Source of the DNA: Candidatus Omnitrophota bacterium
Lineage (GTDB): Bacteria; Omnitrophota; Gorgyraeia; Zapsychrales; JBDRMG01
Reading direction: 5' to 3'
DNA length: 64,000 nt
NCBI GenBank assembly: GCA_043812495.1
Contig: JBDRMG010000008.1
Coordinates: 1,516-65,515 of the forward strand
The position numbers were made by a program, and so were the translations under genes. Positions 1 to 9,353 of the stretch are shown piece after piece; the first letter of the stretch is position 1; every line of letters starts with the position of its first letter. Below the pieces are notes generated by a model. The model did not search any database. It was not told the DNA's origin and saw nothing but the letters and a program-made list of their open reading frames with translations.

Positions 1-656
1 TCAAAATCGGAGAAAATATCGCTAAGCAATTCGCGAAAGAATTTGAGATGAGCGCCGACACCGAACTCAACGCAAAAGTAGCGCGGATCGGCCGTCGCCT
101 TACCGATATTTGCGACCGCAAAGAACTGGTCTATATCTTTCGGGTTATCAATGAAGACAAAGTGAATGCCGTGAGCCTGCCCGGCGGCTTTATTTACGTC
201 TTTCAAGGACTCATCGACCACGTGGAGACGGATGATGAACTGGCCTCTGTCATGGCTCATGAAATCGGGCATATCACAGCCAGACATGCCATAAAAAAGC
301 TGCAGAGCCTCTATGGCTATACGTTCTTAAAGCTTCTTACGATTCAGACACAAAGCGCGGCACTTTCCCAGGGCCTAGACGCCGCGTTTGCAACAGCCTT
401 CACGGAATATTCTCTGGAAGACGAATTTCTTGCCGATAAACTTGCGGTTAAATATCTTCAAGAAGCAGGGTATGATCCTCGGGCGGTCGTGACCTTCTTA
501 GCGAAATTAAGAGAGATACAACAAAAAGAACCTTCCAGGCCATTGAGCTATTGGCGGACCCATCCTTATATCACCCAGAGAATTTCTGCGGCCAATCAGG
601 TCCTGACCGGCCGATTAGAATTTAAAGATTATATTAACCTTATGGGGGAACAATGA
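1..656 (+). CDS. M48-family zinc metallopeptidase (BepA/YfgC-like), 5'-truncated at the window edge
   Basis: Frame 3 is open from position 3 to the listed ORF. HEIGH zinc motif (AHEIGHITARH). Stop at 654-656. Confidence 0.8.
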   Translation, partial: KIGENIAKQFAKEFEMSADTELNAKVARIGRRLTDICDRKELVYIFRVINEDKVNAVSLPGGFIYVFQGLIDHVETDDELASVMAHEIGHITARHAIKKLQSLYGYTFLKLLTIQTQSAALSQGLDAAFATAFTEYSLEDEFLADKLAVKYLQEAGYDPRAVVTFLAKLREIQQKEPSRPLSYWRTHPYITQRISAANQVLTGRLEFKDYINLMGEQ

Positions 657-1114
657 TGAGCCAATCGATTTGTCAACGAACAATCGTCGCAAGTTTATGC
701 CTTTTGATCCTTACGTCTTGCCATAAGGCCACAGAAAGCACGAATCGGGTATGTTTGGGGGGCCGTTGCTTTGAAGTGGAACTCGCTAGAAAACCAAAAG
801 ACATGATACGCGGTCTGCAGTTTCGAACATCCTTAGGGGGAAATGAAGGCATGCTTTTCATCTTTCCGACAGAAGGGGTTCATGAATTCTGGATGAAAGA
901 TACGCTGATTCCTCTGGACATGGTTTGGTTGGATAAGAACAAAAGGGTGATCGAAGTGGTTCGCGATCGCCCGCCTTGTTTGAAAGAACCTTGCCCTGTG
1001 TTCGGACCACGGGCTTATTCGAAATATGTCCTTGAAGTGAACGCAGGAACCATGCAGCCCTTGGGCGTAGAATCGGGCGACCAGGCTGTCTTTCATCTGA
1101 AGGACGGCGAATAG
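653..1114 (+). CDS. DUF192 (COG1430) domain protein, secreted or lipoprotein-like
   Basis: Signal/lipobox-like N-terminus (LCLLILTSC). Conserved DUF192 core (LARKPKDMIRGLQFR...MLFIFP...EFWMKDTLIPLDMVWLD). ATGA start overlaps the upstream stop. Confidence 0.7.
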   Translation: MMSQSICQRTIVASLCLLILTSCHKATESTNRVCLGGRCFEVELARKPKDMIRGLQFRTSLGGNEGMLFIFPTEGVHEFWMKDTLIPLDMVWLDKNKRVIEVVRDRPPCLKEPCPVFGPRAYSKYVLEVNAGTMQPLGVESGDQAVFHLKDGE

Positions 1115-1201
1115 GGTGTTTGTTTTGTGCGCATCCTGCTATCTGAGCAAAATGATGCTTTAAATGGTAGAATCGACTCGGTGTCAATGTTAGAATAAAT
1201 C

Positions 1202-2695
1202 ATGACTATCCGCCTCGACATTTTTAATTACCATCATTATACGTTTAATCCTTATTTCACCCCGCCTTTTCTTGTTGCCTGCCTTGTTTTGTGTTTGGGT
1301 TTCTTTATACTGAGTCTTGAAAAGAAATCCCCTTTAAACCGATCGTTTCTTTATTTTTGTTTGAGCACCGCCTTGTATCTTCTCGGGCAGTCTTTTGTTT
1401 TGTGCACAAAGTTTTTTCCAGCGATTCTTTTTTGGTCCCATGTGATGTATACGGGGCTTATTTTTATGTCTGTAACGATTTTCCATGTTTCCGTAGCCCA
1501 CACCGATCGCTTTGACTGGGAGAAGCGCTCCGTTATTTTACTTTATTGTCTGGCTTTACTTCTCTGGATTCTTCTTTTGGGCGGAAGGTGCATGACGGGT
1601 TTTCGCCAATATCCATGTGGTTATTGCGTTGATGCCCCCTGTATTTTGTCTGTGCTTCTGGTGTTTCTCTTGCTTGCCTTGACGCTGGGTATTATAAATC
1701 TGATCAGTTATTATCGATATGCGACAACTAGACGGGCACAAAAAAGAACAGTCAATTTGATGGTGATTTTTGTTTTTGCGGGTTTGAGTAGCGTTGATGT
1801 TTTGCAAAGTTACGGGATTAAAATTTATCCCCTGGGGTATGTTGCCATTTTATGCGTTGTGTTTGGCATCACCTATTCGATTGTTAAATATCATGCCTTG
1901 ATGTCAGAGCGCTACGCAAAGGAGCTCAAACGAGAAGTGGATAAAAAGACCCAAGAATTATCACAAACGATTGCGCAGCTCAAAGCGACGCAGGTTCGCC
2001 TTTTGGAAACGGGAAAAATATCCGCCATGGCCTCTTTAAGTGCAGGGATTTTGCATCAGATCACCCAGCCGATTACGGCCATCCACGGGCTTGTCAAATT
2101 CATGAGAAAAGAGATGAAGGAGACGGACCCCTTTTTGAAGCCAGTCAAAATCATGGACGAACAGACCGCTTACTTAAAGGATATGCTGGAAGATTTGATG
2201 GAGTTGATTCGCCATAGACAGATCAAAAAAGGCACCGTGGATGTCAACTTTTGTCTTAAGAAGACGCTGGAACTTTTGGCGGATGAATTGAGGATTCGCC
2301 GCGTCGATCTGCAGGTCACTATGGCAGACCATCTGCCGCCTGTTTATGCTGACGCTATTCATTTGCAGCAAATTTTTATGAATATCGTGGTCAATGCCAT
2401 TCAGGCTTTGGGGACATTGCCCAAAGGAGAGACACGTCGGCTCCTTATCGTCTCCCGTATTGATCGCAATGACGGTCAGATCATGGTGGCTTTTAAAGAC
2501 ACGGCGGGCGGCTTAAGTGAAGAGGACCGACAAAGTATTTTTGAACCGTTTTTCTCCACGAAAACAAAAGGCTCAGGAATTGGTCTGGCCCTATGCGAAG
2601 ATCTTATTGCGGAACACGGAGGAACGATTGATGTGCAAAACAAGCTTGGAGAAGGGGCAACGTTTATCGTAAAACTTCCTCCGAAAAAAGAGTAA
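1202..2695 (+). CDS. Sensor histidine kinase with N-terminal polytopic (7TM-like) membrane domain, HisKA and HATPase_c
   Basis: About 230 aa hydrophobic N-terminus, then a coiled coil, an H-box region, and N/G1/G2 boxes (GSGIGLALCEDLIAEHGG). Confidence 0.85.
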   Translation: MTIRLDIFNYHHYTFNPYFTPPFLVACLVLCLGFFILSLEKKSPLNRSFLYFCLSTALYLLGQSFVLCTKFFPAILFWSHVMYTGLIFMSVTIFHVSVAHTDRFDWEKRSVILLYCLALLLWILLLGGRCMTGFRQYPCGYCVDAPCILSVLLVFLLLALTLGIINLISYYRYATTRRAQKRTVNLMVIFVFAGLSSVDVLQSYGIKIYPLGYVAILCVVFGITYSIVKYHALMSERYAKELKREVDKKTQELSQTIAQLKATQVRLLETGKISAMASLSAGILHQITQPITAIHGLVKFMRKEMKETDPFLKPVKIMDEQTAYLKDMLEDLMELIRHRQIKKGTVDVNFCLKKTLELLADELRIRRVDLQVTMADHLPPVYADAIHLQQIFMNIVVNAIQALGTLPKGETRRLLIVSRIDRNDGQIMVAFKDTAGGLSEEDRQSIFEPFFSTKTKGSGIGLALCEDLIAEHGGTIDVQNKLGEGATFIVKLPPKKE

Positions 2696-2767
2696 AATAT
2701 CGAATAAATTCATTTTTTATTTTATAATATTTATGGAAATATTATTATTTCATTTGCTTAATTCCTC

Positions 2768-2874
2768 GCCCCGCTGCTTTCTTGCGAAAGCAGAAAGCGG
2801 GGCGAGGTCAATTCGGCCATGCACTTATGTTCTGCCGACTAATCGTCGGCATCCATAAGTGCAGGCCTCATTGA
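2768..2874 (+). repeat. Modular palindromic intergenic element, copy A (GC hairpin; 5' arm GGTCAATTCGGCCATGCACTTATG; variable inner hairpin; 3' arm CATAAGTGCAGGCCTCATTGA)
   Basis: Seen directly. The arms form a bulged stem of about 22 bp. The element ends 20 nt before the receiver start codon. Four related copies occur elsewhere in the window. Confidence 0.85.
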
Positions 2875-2894
2875 TCAAGAGGAACGAGGAAAGT

Positions 2895-3269
2895 ATGGCG
2901 GACAAGCTTAAGATATTAGTAGTGGATGATAAAAAAGTCATTGGTGATCTTTTTGACTATACCCTGGGCTATCGGGGTCACGAAATCACTGTGGTGGACA
3001 ATGTCCAGAAGACGCTAGAGGCCATCAAAAAAGAAAAGTACGATATTGTTTTCTTAGATATTGTCATTCCGGACACCGATGGCGTCGAAATATTCAAAAA
3101 AATAAAAGAAGTCGCTCCCGACCTTCCGATTGTTATGATGAGCGGTTATTCGGTTGAAGAGAGAAGGAAAGAAGCGATTGAAATGGGCGCTGTTGCCTGC
3201 TTGGTCAAGCCTTTTGAGATGGAGGAAGTCAGAAGAATTATCAAGGGAGTATTAGCGAAAGAAGTTTAA
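2895..3269 (+). CDS. Single-domain response regulator receiver (CheY-like)
   Basis: LKILVVDD...DIVFLDIVIPDTDG...MMSGY...K receiver motifs. RBS GAGGAA upstream. Start ATG 2895 preferred over 2859. Confidence 0.85.
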   Translation: MADKLKILVVDDKKVIGDLFDYTLGYRGHEITVVDNVQKTLEAIKKEKYDIVFLDIVIPDTDGVEIFKKIKEVAPDLPIVMMSGYSVEERRKEAIEMGAVACLVKPFEMEEVRRIIKGVLAKEV

Positions 3270-3282
3270 ATTCTGATTAATC

Positions 3283-3318
3283 AAAAACCCTGCATGATTC
3301 CTCTCTGCAGGGTTTTTG
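3283..3318. terminator. Bidirectional Rho-independent terminator between convergent genes
   Basis: AAAACCCTGCA-(11 nt)-TGCAGGGTTTTT. The hairpin has A-run and T-run flanks on both sides. Confidence 0.7.
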
Positions 3319-3340
3319 CTTTGGACCAAAACAAGGCGTT

Positions 3341-4747
3341 TTATTGATAAAAATTCAGAGCCGCTTCGCCAATCGTTTCCGAAAGCGTCGGATGCGGATA
3401 AATACTTGAGGCAATATCGGACACTTTGAGTCCCTGATCGACGGCGATGACGCCCTGCGCGATCAACTCGCCGGCGCCCACCCCGACAATACCCATTCCT
3501 AAGATTTTCTCTGATTGAGGATCCACAATAATTTTCGTTAAGCCGTCATTGCGCTTAAGCGTTGTGGCGCGTCCCGAGGCCATCCATGAGAATTTTTCTA
3601 TTTTAACTGGACGATTTTCTTTTTTAGCTTGAGTTTCAGATAAGCCGCAGGTCGCGATTTCGGGATCCGTAAAGACAACCGCCGGAATAGTTCGAATCCG
3701 TGCAACGTTGGTCTGACCGGCGATCACTTCGACGGCCATGCGCGCTTCAGCCGATGCTTTGTGGGCAAGCATGGGCGGACCTGTAACGTCACCAATCGCA
3801 AAAATAGAAGGGTCGTCGGTTTGGCATTTCTCGTTGGCTTTGATAAATCCGTCTTCATCCATTTGTGCTTGCGTGTTTTCTAATCCACAATGCTCCGTGT
3901 TGGGTTGCCGACCGACCGCCATCAATATTTTCTCGAACTCTTCTTCTGTCGTTTCTTTTTTCTCATTTTCCCATTTGGCACAAAGGCTGTTGTCTTTCTT
4001 ATGAATATCAATGAGTTTTGCTTGAAGATGTAGCGTTTTAAAAGTTTTATGTAAGCGTTTTTGTAAAACAGCCATCAAATCGGAATCTATACCGGCTAAC
4101 CATTGGCCGGTCATTTCTATAATCGTGACTTGCGATCCCAGGCGGGCATAAACGGTCCCGAGCTCAAGACCGATATAGCCGCCGCCTACAACCAGAAGGG
4201 TACGGGGAATATCATTGAGCTGCAAGGCTGATTGAGAATCAAGTAGGCAAGAAGAATCCCTTTTGATCCAAGAAGGCATGATTGGACGGGAACCTGTAGC
4301 GATAATGGCTTTGTCGAATGAAAGTTTTTCTTCGCACCCATCAGATTTTCTAATGAGAAGTGAAGACGAATCAAGAAAAGAGGCCTCCCCTTGGATGAGC
4401 GAGATACCCTGTTTTTTGATCAAATGATGAAGTCCGGCATATAATTTCTGAATGACGCTTTGGTTCCAGCTTCTGAGCTTTGCCCAATCGAGCTTTGCAG
4501 AGAATTCAATTCCAAAATCATTCGCCTCTTTAGATTCTGAAAGTAATTTGGCCACATGCAGTAAGGCCTTGGAGGGAATGCAGCCTTCATGAAGACAGAT
4601 GCCCCCGACCTTTTGGGCTTCAATCAGTGTGACATCGACTCCAAATTTGGCTGCTTGCAAAGCCGCTGTGACGCCGCCTGGGCCGCTTCCGATAATCGCA
4701 CAAGATGTTGTTTTTTTCTGCATCGTCTTGATGAATTTTTTAACCAC
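3341..4747 (-). CDS. lpdA: Dihydrolipoyl dehydrogenase-like class I pyridine nucleotide-disulfide oxidoreductase
   Basis: GxGxxG FAD motif (IIGSGPGG). Redox-active disulfide GGICLHEGCIPSK. NAD-binding GGGYIGLE. C-terminal dimerisation His-Pro region. Confidence 0.75.
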   Translation of the reverse strand: MVKKFIKTMQKKTTSCAIIGSGPGGVTAALQAAKFGVDVTLIEAQKVGGICLHEGCIPSKALLHVAKLLSESKEANDFGIEFSAKLDWAKLRSWNQSVIQKLYAGLHHLIKKQGISLIQGEASFLDSSSLLIRKSDGCEEKLSFDKAIIATGSRPIMPSWIKRDSSCLLDSQSALQLNDIPRTLLVVGGGYIGLELGTVYARLGSQVTIIEMTGQWLAGIDSDLMAVLQKRLHKTFKTLHLQAKLIDIHKKDNSLCAKWENEKKETTEEEFEKILMAVGRQPNTEHCGLENTQAQMDEDGFIKANEKCQTDDPSIFAIGDVTGPPMLAHKASAEARMAVEVIAGQTNVARIRTIPAVVFTDPEIATCGLSETQAKKENRPVKIEKFSWMASGRATTLKRNDGLTKIIVDPQSEKILGMGIVGVGAGELIAQGVIAVDQGLKVSDIASSIYPHPTLSETIGEAALNFYQ

Positions 4748-4876
4748 GAACTAAGTTTGAGAATATTGTATTACGCGTATGAACCAAGCGCAAGGATAAT
4801 TTGGCTATCCTGTTACATTTTTTATATTCAGCGTCTTGTTGAACCCCTTCGGGAAACATGATAGAATTTGAATACT

Positions 4877-5574
4877 ATGAAATCCATTGTCGTGACGCCC
4901 ACCTATAATGAACGGGACAATATCCAATCTTTCATTGAAGAAATTCTCAAAGTCAGCCCCGAATGCCATGTGTGCATTGTGGATGATCGATCTCCGGATG
5001 GAACAGGGCAGCTTGTTGAGGAGCTTTCCAAGAACGACGGACGAGTTCATGTGATTCACCGCACGGGAGAGCGCGGAAGAGGATTAGCGGATTTTGACGG
5101 TATCAGATTTGCGGTTGAGAACAATTTTGATTTTATTATTTCTATGGATGCCGATTTTTCTCATCAACCTTTTTTATTCCAAAGTTTCTAGAAGCGATCG
5201 AACATCATGACATTGTGATTGGTTCAAGGTTGATCCCCGGAGGAAAGATCGCGGGCCGAGGGCTTGGGCGCAATATCGTTACGCAGATGGCCAATCTTTA
5301 TATTCGCCTCATTCTCGGACTAAAAGCCAAAGATTGCACGTCAGGTTTTCGATGTTATAAAAAAGAAGTTTTGAATTCGATTCCTCTAAAGCATATGATT
5401 TCCAAAGGACCGTCCTCTTTAGAAGAGATACTCTACGCGTGCCAGAAAAAAGGTTTTAATATTTATGAAATTCCTATTACGTTTGTTGATCGAAGAAAAG
5501 GAAAATCCAAATTAGACCTTAAAGAACTCCTGAAAGTATTTTGGTCGATTCTAAGAATCCGATTTCAATCATGA
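4877..5574 (+). CDS. GT2 polyprenol-phosphate glycosyltransferase (Dpm1/Ppm1-like), interrupted by an apparent 1-nt frameshift in a T6 run (5170-5175)
   Basis: Frame 2 gives ...VVTPTYNE...VDDRSPDGT...DADFSHQP then a stop. Frame 1 continues with the canonical IPKFLEAIEHHDIVIGSR...GFRCY. One extra T in the homopolymer restores a single ORF of about 232 aa. Confidence 0.7.
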
Positions 5575-7301
5575 AGAAAAGCATGTCTTTCTCAAGCTTG
5601 AGTAACGGCTGGCTCATTGCCCTATTGGTTTTGGCAACATGCTTGGCTTACGGGCGATTTTTGGATAATCAATTTATTTGGGATGATTATCTTGTGCTTA
5701 AAAAGAATTCCTTTGTCCATTCTTGGAAGAATTTTCCTAAACTTTTCAGTCCCGAGTACATTACATCCCCCTCTCAGGTCTATGATGTTGGCAAGAAAGA
5801 TATCGGAGCCGGAGAACTGACCTACCGTCCCGTTTCGACGTTAACGTATTTTATTGAGTTTTCCTTTTGGCAGAAAAACCCCCTTGGGTATCATTTAACC
5901 AATCTTTTTCTACATATCTTAAATGTACTTTTAGTGTTTTGGTTCGTTCGTTTATTAAGCAAGGAACGAATGATTTCATTCGTCGCAGCCCTCATCTTTG
6001 CCCTTCATCCGGTTGGCTCAGAAGTTGTTTACAATATTTCTTTTCGGGAAGATCTCCTCGCATGCTTTTTTTGCCTGTTATCCTTTATTTTCTATATTCG
6101 CCTTGATTTGAAAGAAGGCCTTAAGAAAACGTTTTTCTATTCCCTATCTGTTCTGTTTTATTTTCTAGGCATTTTTTCTAAAGAAATGGCGATCACCTTG
6201 CCTATTCTACTTGTTGTTCACGATATCTATATTGCATTGCCGGGCGGGCGGACTCAATTATTCCAACGGATAAAATCGCGCTATTTCGGCTATATCCTGG
6301 TGACTTTATTTTATCTTTGGGTTTGGTTCTTTCCCATGGCGCGTCATCCGGAAGAAATGATTACTTATCCCTGCGAAAGCCTTTTTCTTAATATCCTAAC
6401 TATGATAAAGGTGTTTGCCAATTATGTATATTGGCTTTTCTTGCCCTTCACGGTTCACGCGACCATTCCTGATGGGGCCTATTTTGTGCGGACAGTTTTT
6501 GCATGGGATGTTCTTCTATCCTTTTTGGTCATCATTCTTTCTTTGATTTATGCGGTCCAAACATTCAAGACAAATCGTACGATTTGTTTCGGTTTGACAT
6601 GGTTTTTCATCGTACTTCTGCCGGTTTCCAATATTCTTCCTATCCAGAATATTATTGCGGCGAGGTATCTTTATCTTCCTATGGTCGGATTTTGTCTCGT
6701 GATCAGTTATTTCTTCTTCGGGATTCTCCTCAAGAGCCAATTTTTGGGAAGAAGTATTTATAAGACAACCATCAAGAGTTCATTGATAGGCCTTATGGTT
6801 TGTTATGTGTTGCTGACCTTTGCCAGAGGCTATACGTGGAGAAATGATATTACGCTATGGAAGGAAATTGTTCGTTTCTATCCTCAGAGTATTAGGGCTC
6901 ATAAGAGCTTGGCCTTTATCTATGCCAATGAGGGTTTTAAGGACAAAGCGATTCAAGAGTATTCTCAAGCCAAGAAATTGAACCCCAATGATGTTGAAGC
7001 CCGCTATGCATTAGGCCAGCTTTTTCTTTTTCAGGGAATCTTAGATAAGGCTCAAGAAGAGTTTCAGGCCGTTATTGAGCGTGATAAAAAAATGGACATT
7101 GCTTATAATAATTACTGCATGGCATTGTATTATAATCAAAGGCAGGATGAATCGATCACGTGTTTCCTCAAGATGATTGAGGAGCATCCGGGCTCTGCAA
7201 AGCCATATGAGAATCTTGGGATGATTTATGAAAAGATGGGTAAGGCCCAAGAAGCCCGAAAGATGCGGGATAAAGCCCGCCAGATAGAAGAGAATAATTG
7301 A
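5571..7301 (+). CDS. Polytopic membrane protein, GT-C/PMT-like, with C-terminal TPR repeats
   Basis: About 11 predicted TM helices, then TPR-like repeats (AHKSLAFIYANEGFKDKAIQEYSQAKKLNPND...). Follows the Dpm1-like GT2. Confidence 0.6.
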   Translation: MKKSMSFSSLSNGWLIALLVLATCLAYGRFLDNQFIWDDYLVLKKNSFVHSWKNFPKLFSPEYITSPSQVYDVGKKDIGAGELTYRPVSTLTYFIEFSFWQKNPLGYHLTNLFLHILNVLLVFWFVRLLSKERMISFVAALIFALHPVGSEVVYNISFREDLLACFFCLLSFIFYIRLDLKEGLKKTFFYSLSVLFYFLGIFSKEMAITLPILLVVHDIYIALPGGRTQLFQRIKSRYFGYILVTLFYLWVWFFPMARHPEEMITYPCESLFLNILTMIKVFANYVYWLFLPFTVHATIPDGAYFVRTVFAWDVLLSFLVIILSLIYAVQTFKTNRTICFGLTWFFIVLLPVSNILPIQNIIAARYLYLPMVGFCLVISYFFFGILLKSQFLGRSIYKTTIKSSLIGLMVCYVLLTFARGYTWRNDITLWKEIVRFYPQSIRAHKSLAFIYANEGFKDKAIQEYSQAKKLNPNDVEARYALGQLFLFQGILDKAQEEFQAVIERDKKMDIAYNNYCMALYYNQRQDESITCFLKMIEEHPGSAKPYENLGMIYEKMGKAQEARKMRDKARQIEENN

Positions 7302-7353
7302 TTTTGAGAATCGATTTACTTTTGAATTTTATGCGGAAGGAGAGATTTGCCTG

Positions 7354-7424
7354 CCTCATCCGCCAATTCTGCCAAAGGCAGAATTGGCGGATGGGTGAGG
7401 TCTCGCCCCGCCTTAGGCGGGGCG
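7354..7424. repeat. Two adjacent GC-rich hairpins between convergent genes (a 17 bp perfect palindrome ATCCGCCAATTCTGCC/GGCAGAATTGGCGGAT and CGCCCCGCC-ttag-GCGGGGCG)
   Basis: Seen directly. Neither hairpin has a canonical U-tract on either strand. Confidence 0.6.
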
Positions 7425-7443
7425 GAAACTCTTTAGAAAAAAA

Positions 7444-7527
7444 TGCCGAAGGTGGGACTCGAACCCACATGGCCGCGAAGCCACACGCCCCTGAAACGTG
7501 CGTGTCTACCAATTTCACCACTTCGGC
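7444..7527 (-). tRNA. tRNA-Leu (anticodon CAG), class II with long variable arm, CCA not encoded
   Basis: Manual fold of the reverse complement: acceptor GCCGAAG/CTTCGGC; D-arm GTG-AAATTGGTAGA-CAC; anticodon stem CACGT/GCGTG with loop TTCAGGG; variable arm of 16 nt; T-arm TGGG-TTCGAGT-CCCA; discriminator A. Confidence 0.85.
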
Positions 7528-7624
7528 TCGTCTTCGCAAAACAGCTTTAGCTCAGTATTTAAAAATTCCGTCTCAGTATACCCGCAAATTATTTTTCTGT
7601 CAATATGGCGTTCTGTCAAACGGA

Positions 7625-7652
7625 TTGCCATCAAATCACTTTATGATATAAT
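7625..7652 (+). promoter_or_regulatory. Sigma70-type promoter candidate (TTGCCA-16-TATAAT) for the AEC transporter gene
   Basis: Hexamers read directly, 12 nt upstream of the ATG at 7664. Confidence 0.45.
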
Positions 7653-7663
7653 ACGACCTAGCC

Positions 7664-8611
7664 ATGTTGCCTATTTCTTTTCAAACACTCTCGGCGGCTA
7701 TTCTGCAAATTCTTTTAATGGGCGCCTGCGGTTATATGCTGTTTAAAAAACGGCTCATCGATGAGGCGGGGTTGGATCTTCTGACGCGGCTTTTGATGAA
7801 TTTCTTCCTGCCGATCTTTATGTTTTATCAGCTGACCCAAAGGTTTCGGTTTTCCGTTTATCCGGATTGGTGGCTGTATCCGGTCTTGAGTTTTATCATT
7901 ACAGCGGTGGCCTTGGTGCTTAGCCGTTTGGTTCTTGCACTTAGCCAAAAAGTGAAATGCCCAAAGGAATTTATCAGCCTTTGTGTCTTCCAGAATTCCG
8001 GTTATATTCCTTTAATTTTAGTAGCGACTCTTTTTGAAGGACAACAGGCGGAAGATTTATTTGTCTATATTTTTCTATTTCTCATCGGCTTTAATCTGAC
8101 GATGTGGTCCCTGGGAACGTGGTTTGTCGCAAGTCAGAAAACGTCAAGATTTCAGATAAGAGAATTCTTTAATCCGCCTCTAATCGCCCTCTTGATCGCA
8201 TTTGGCTTGATTGCCTTAGGGTGGCAGCGTTTTGTGCCGCCGTTAATTCTGAAGCCCATGAAATTATTCAGTCAGTGTGTTTTTCCTCTGGCGATGATTA
8301 TGGTCGGAGGAAATCTGGGGCGCATACAAGTAAACGATATCCGCCCCAAAGAGATCATTCCGTTGGTGCTAACAAAATTGATCTTGCTTCCGCTTTGTGG
8401 CCTAGGAATAATTCTTCTTTTTCGTCTTCAGGGTCCCATGGCGTTTATTCTCATCCTGGAAACAGCCGTTCCGAGCGCGATTTCTTTGTCGATTATTTCC
8501 CGCCATTATCAAGTGGAGGAGTGCCTGATTAATCAGGGATTGCTGTTCACGCATTTAGCGAGCATTGTGACCATCCCTACGTTTCTCTCAATCTATAATT
8601 TGCTCCAATAA
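7664..8611 (+). CDS. AEC (auxin efflux carrier) family membrane transporter
   Basis: Ten-TM architecture. The N-terminal and C-terminal halves are typical of PF03547. Confidence 0.7.
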   Translation: MLPISFQTLSAAILQILLMGACGYMLFKKRLIDEAGLDLLTRLLMNFFLPIFMFYQLTQRFRFSVYPDWWLYPVLSFIITAVALVLSRLVLALSQKVKCPKEFISLCVFQNSGYIPLILVATLFEGQQAEDLFVYIFLFLIGFNLTMWSLGTWFVASQKTSRFQIREFFNPPLIALLIAFGLIALGWQRFVPPLILKPMKLFSQCVFPLAMIMVGGNLGRIQVNDIRPKEIIPLVLTKLILLPLCGLGIILLFRLQGPMAFILILETAVPSAISLSIISRHYQVEECLINQGLLFTHLASIVTIPTFLSIYNLLQ

Positions 8612-8613
8612 AT

Positions 8614-9075
8614 ATGGACCCAAAAAAAATAGCGACGAACAAAAAGGCCTTTCGTGATTATTTTTTTAGCGAAAAATGGGAGTGCGGCCTTGAACTCAAA
8701 GGAAGCGAGGTCAAATCTCTGCGGGCAAGTGAGGTGAGCTTTACCGATAGCTTTGCGCGCGTCGAACAGGGCCAGGTGATTCTTTACAATCTGCATATTG
8801 CTCCGTATCAACAGGGCAGTTATTTTAATCTGGAACCGACTCGACCGCGTCGGCTTCTTTTGCATAAAAAAGAAATCATGAGAATCGAAACTCATATGTC
8901 CCAAAAAGGACTGGCCCTGATTCCGACACGTATTTATTTCAACAGACGTGGCCTTGCCAAAGTGGAGCTGGCCTTGGGCCGCGGCAAGAAGCTTTTTGAC
9001 AAGCGGGAAGACATCAAGAAAAGAGATGTCGACCGCGAGATCAAACGCGCCGTACGGCATCAGCGCAAGCGTTAG
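8614..9075 (+). CDS. smpB: SsrA-binding protein SmpB
   Basis: Conserved SmpB core (NKKAFRDYF...GLELKGSEVKSLR...LYNLHIAPY...RPRRLLLHKKEI...RGLAKVELALGRGKKLFDKR). The tmRNA gene lies immediately downstream. Confidence 0.9.
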   Translation: MDPKKIATNKKAFRDYFFSEKWECGLELKGSEVKSLRASEVSFTDSFARVEQGQVILYNLHIAPYQQGSYFNLEPTRPRRLLLHKKEIMRIETHMSQKGLALIPTRIYFNRRGLAKVELALGRGKKLFDKREDIKKRDVDREIKRAVRHQRKR

Positions 9076-9189
9076 CCCCTCCAAAAGTATTTTTGCATAC
9101 CTGCCTTTCTTCGAGTATAATTACCATAGAAAATAAACTCCTATCCTGCTCTTTTCTATACGCTCAACGCTATACGCTTTACGCTAAGT

Positions 9190-9335
9190 TCGGGGGTGAC
9201 AAGGTCTCGACTCTGCTTCGCCCAAATGTTTTCACGTTGGGCTTCGCAGAGTCTTCACAGGCAATAATAGGCGAAGCAGCCCTACGAAGCTCCCAAACGA
9301 AAGTTTTGGAGCGAAGTGGGGTAAATATAGACTTT
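9190..9335 (+). repeat. Degenerate duplicate of the ssrA 5' end (GGGGGTGACAAGGTCTCGAC) fused to a copy of the ssrA 3'-flank hairpin element
   Basis: 9192-9212 matches the tmRNA 5' end (9354-9375) at about 20 of 23 positions. 9209-9330 aligns with 9754-9860 (CTTCGCCCAAATGTTTTC vs CTTCGCTCAAATGTTTC; CCCTACGAAGCTCCCAAACGAAAG vs GCTCTACGAAGCCAAACGCGAAGG). Confidence 0.65.
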
Positions 9336-9353
9336 TATTGTTCTTTAAAATTT

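Noticed and set aside
2840-2875. Sigma54-type promoter (-24 GG / -12 GC) within the 3' arm of the repeat
   Set aside because: GG/GC spacing is off by one in most copies and the flanking consensus (TGGCAC...TTGCA) is not met.
7168-7651. ORFs of 123 aa (minus) and 117 aa (plus) across the tRNA-Leu region
   Set aside because: They overlap a well-folded tRNA and the GC-rich palindromes. No coding signal.
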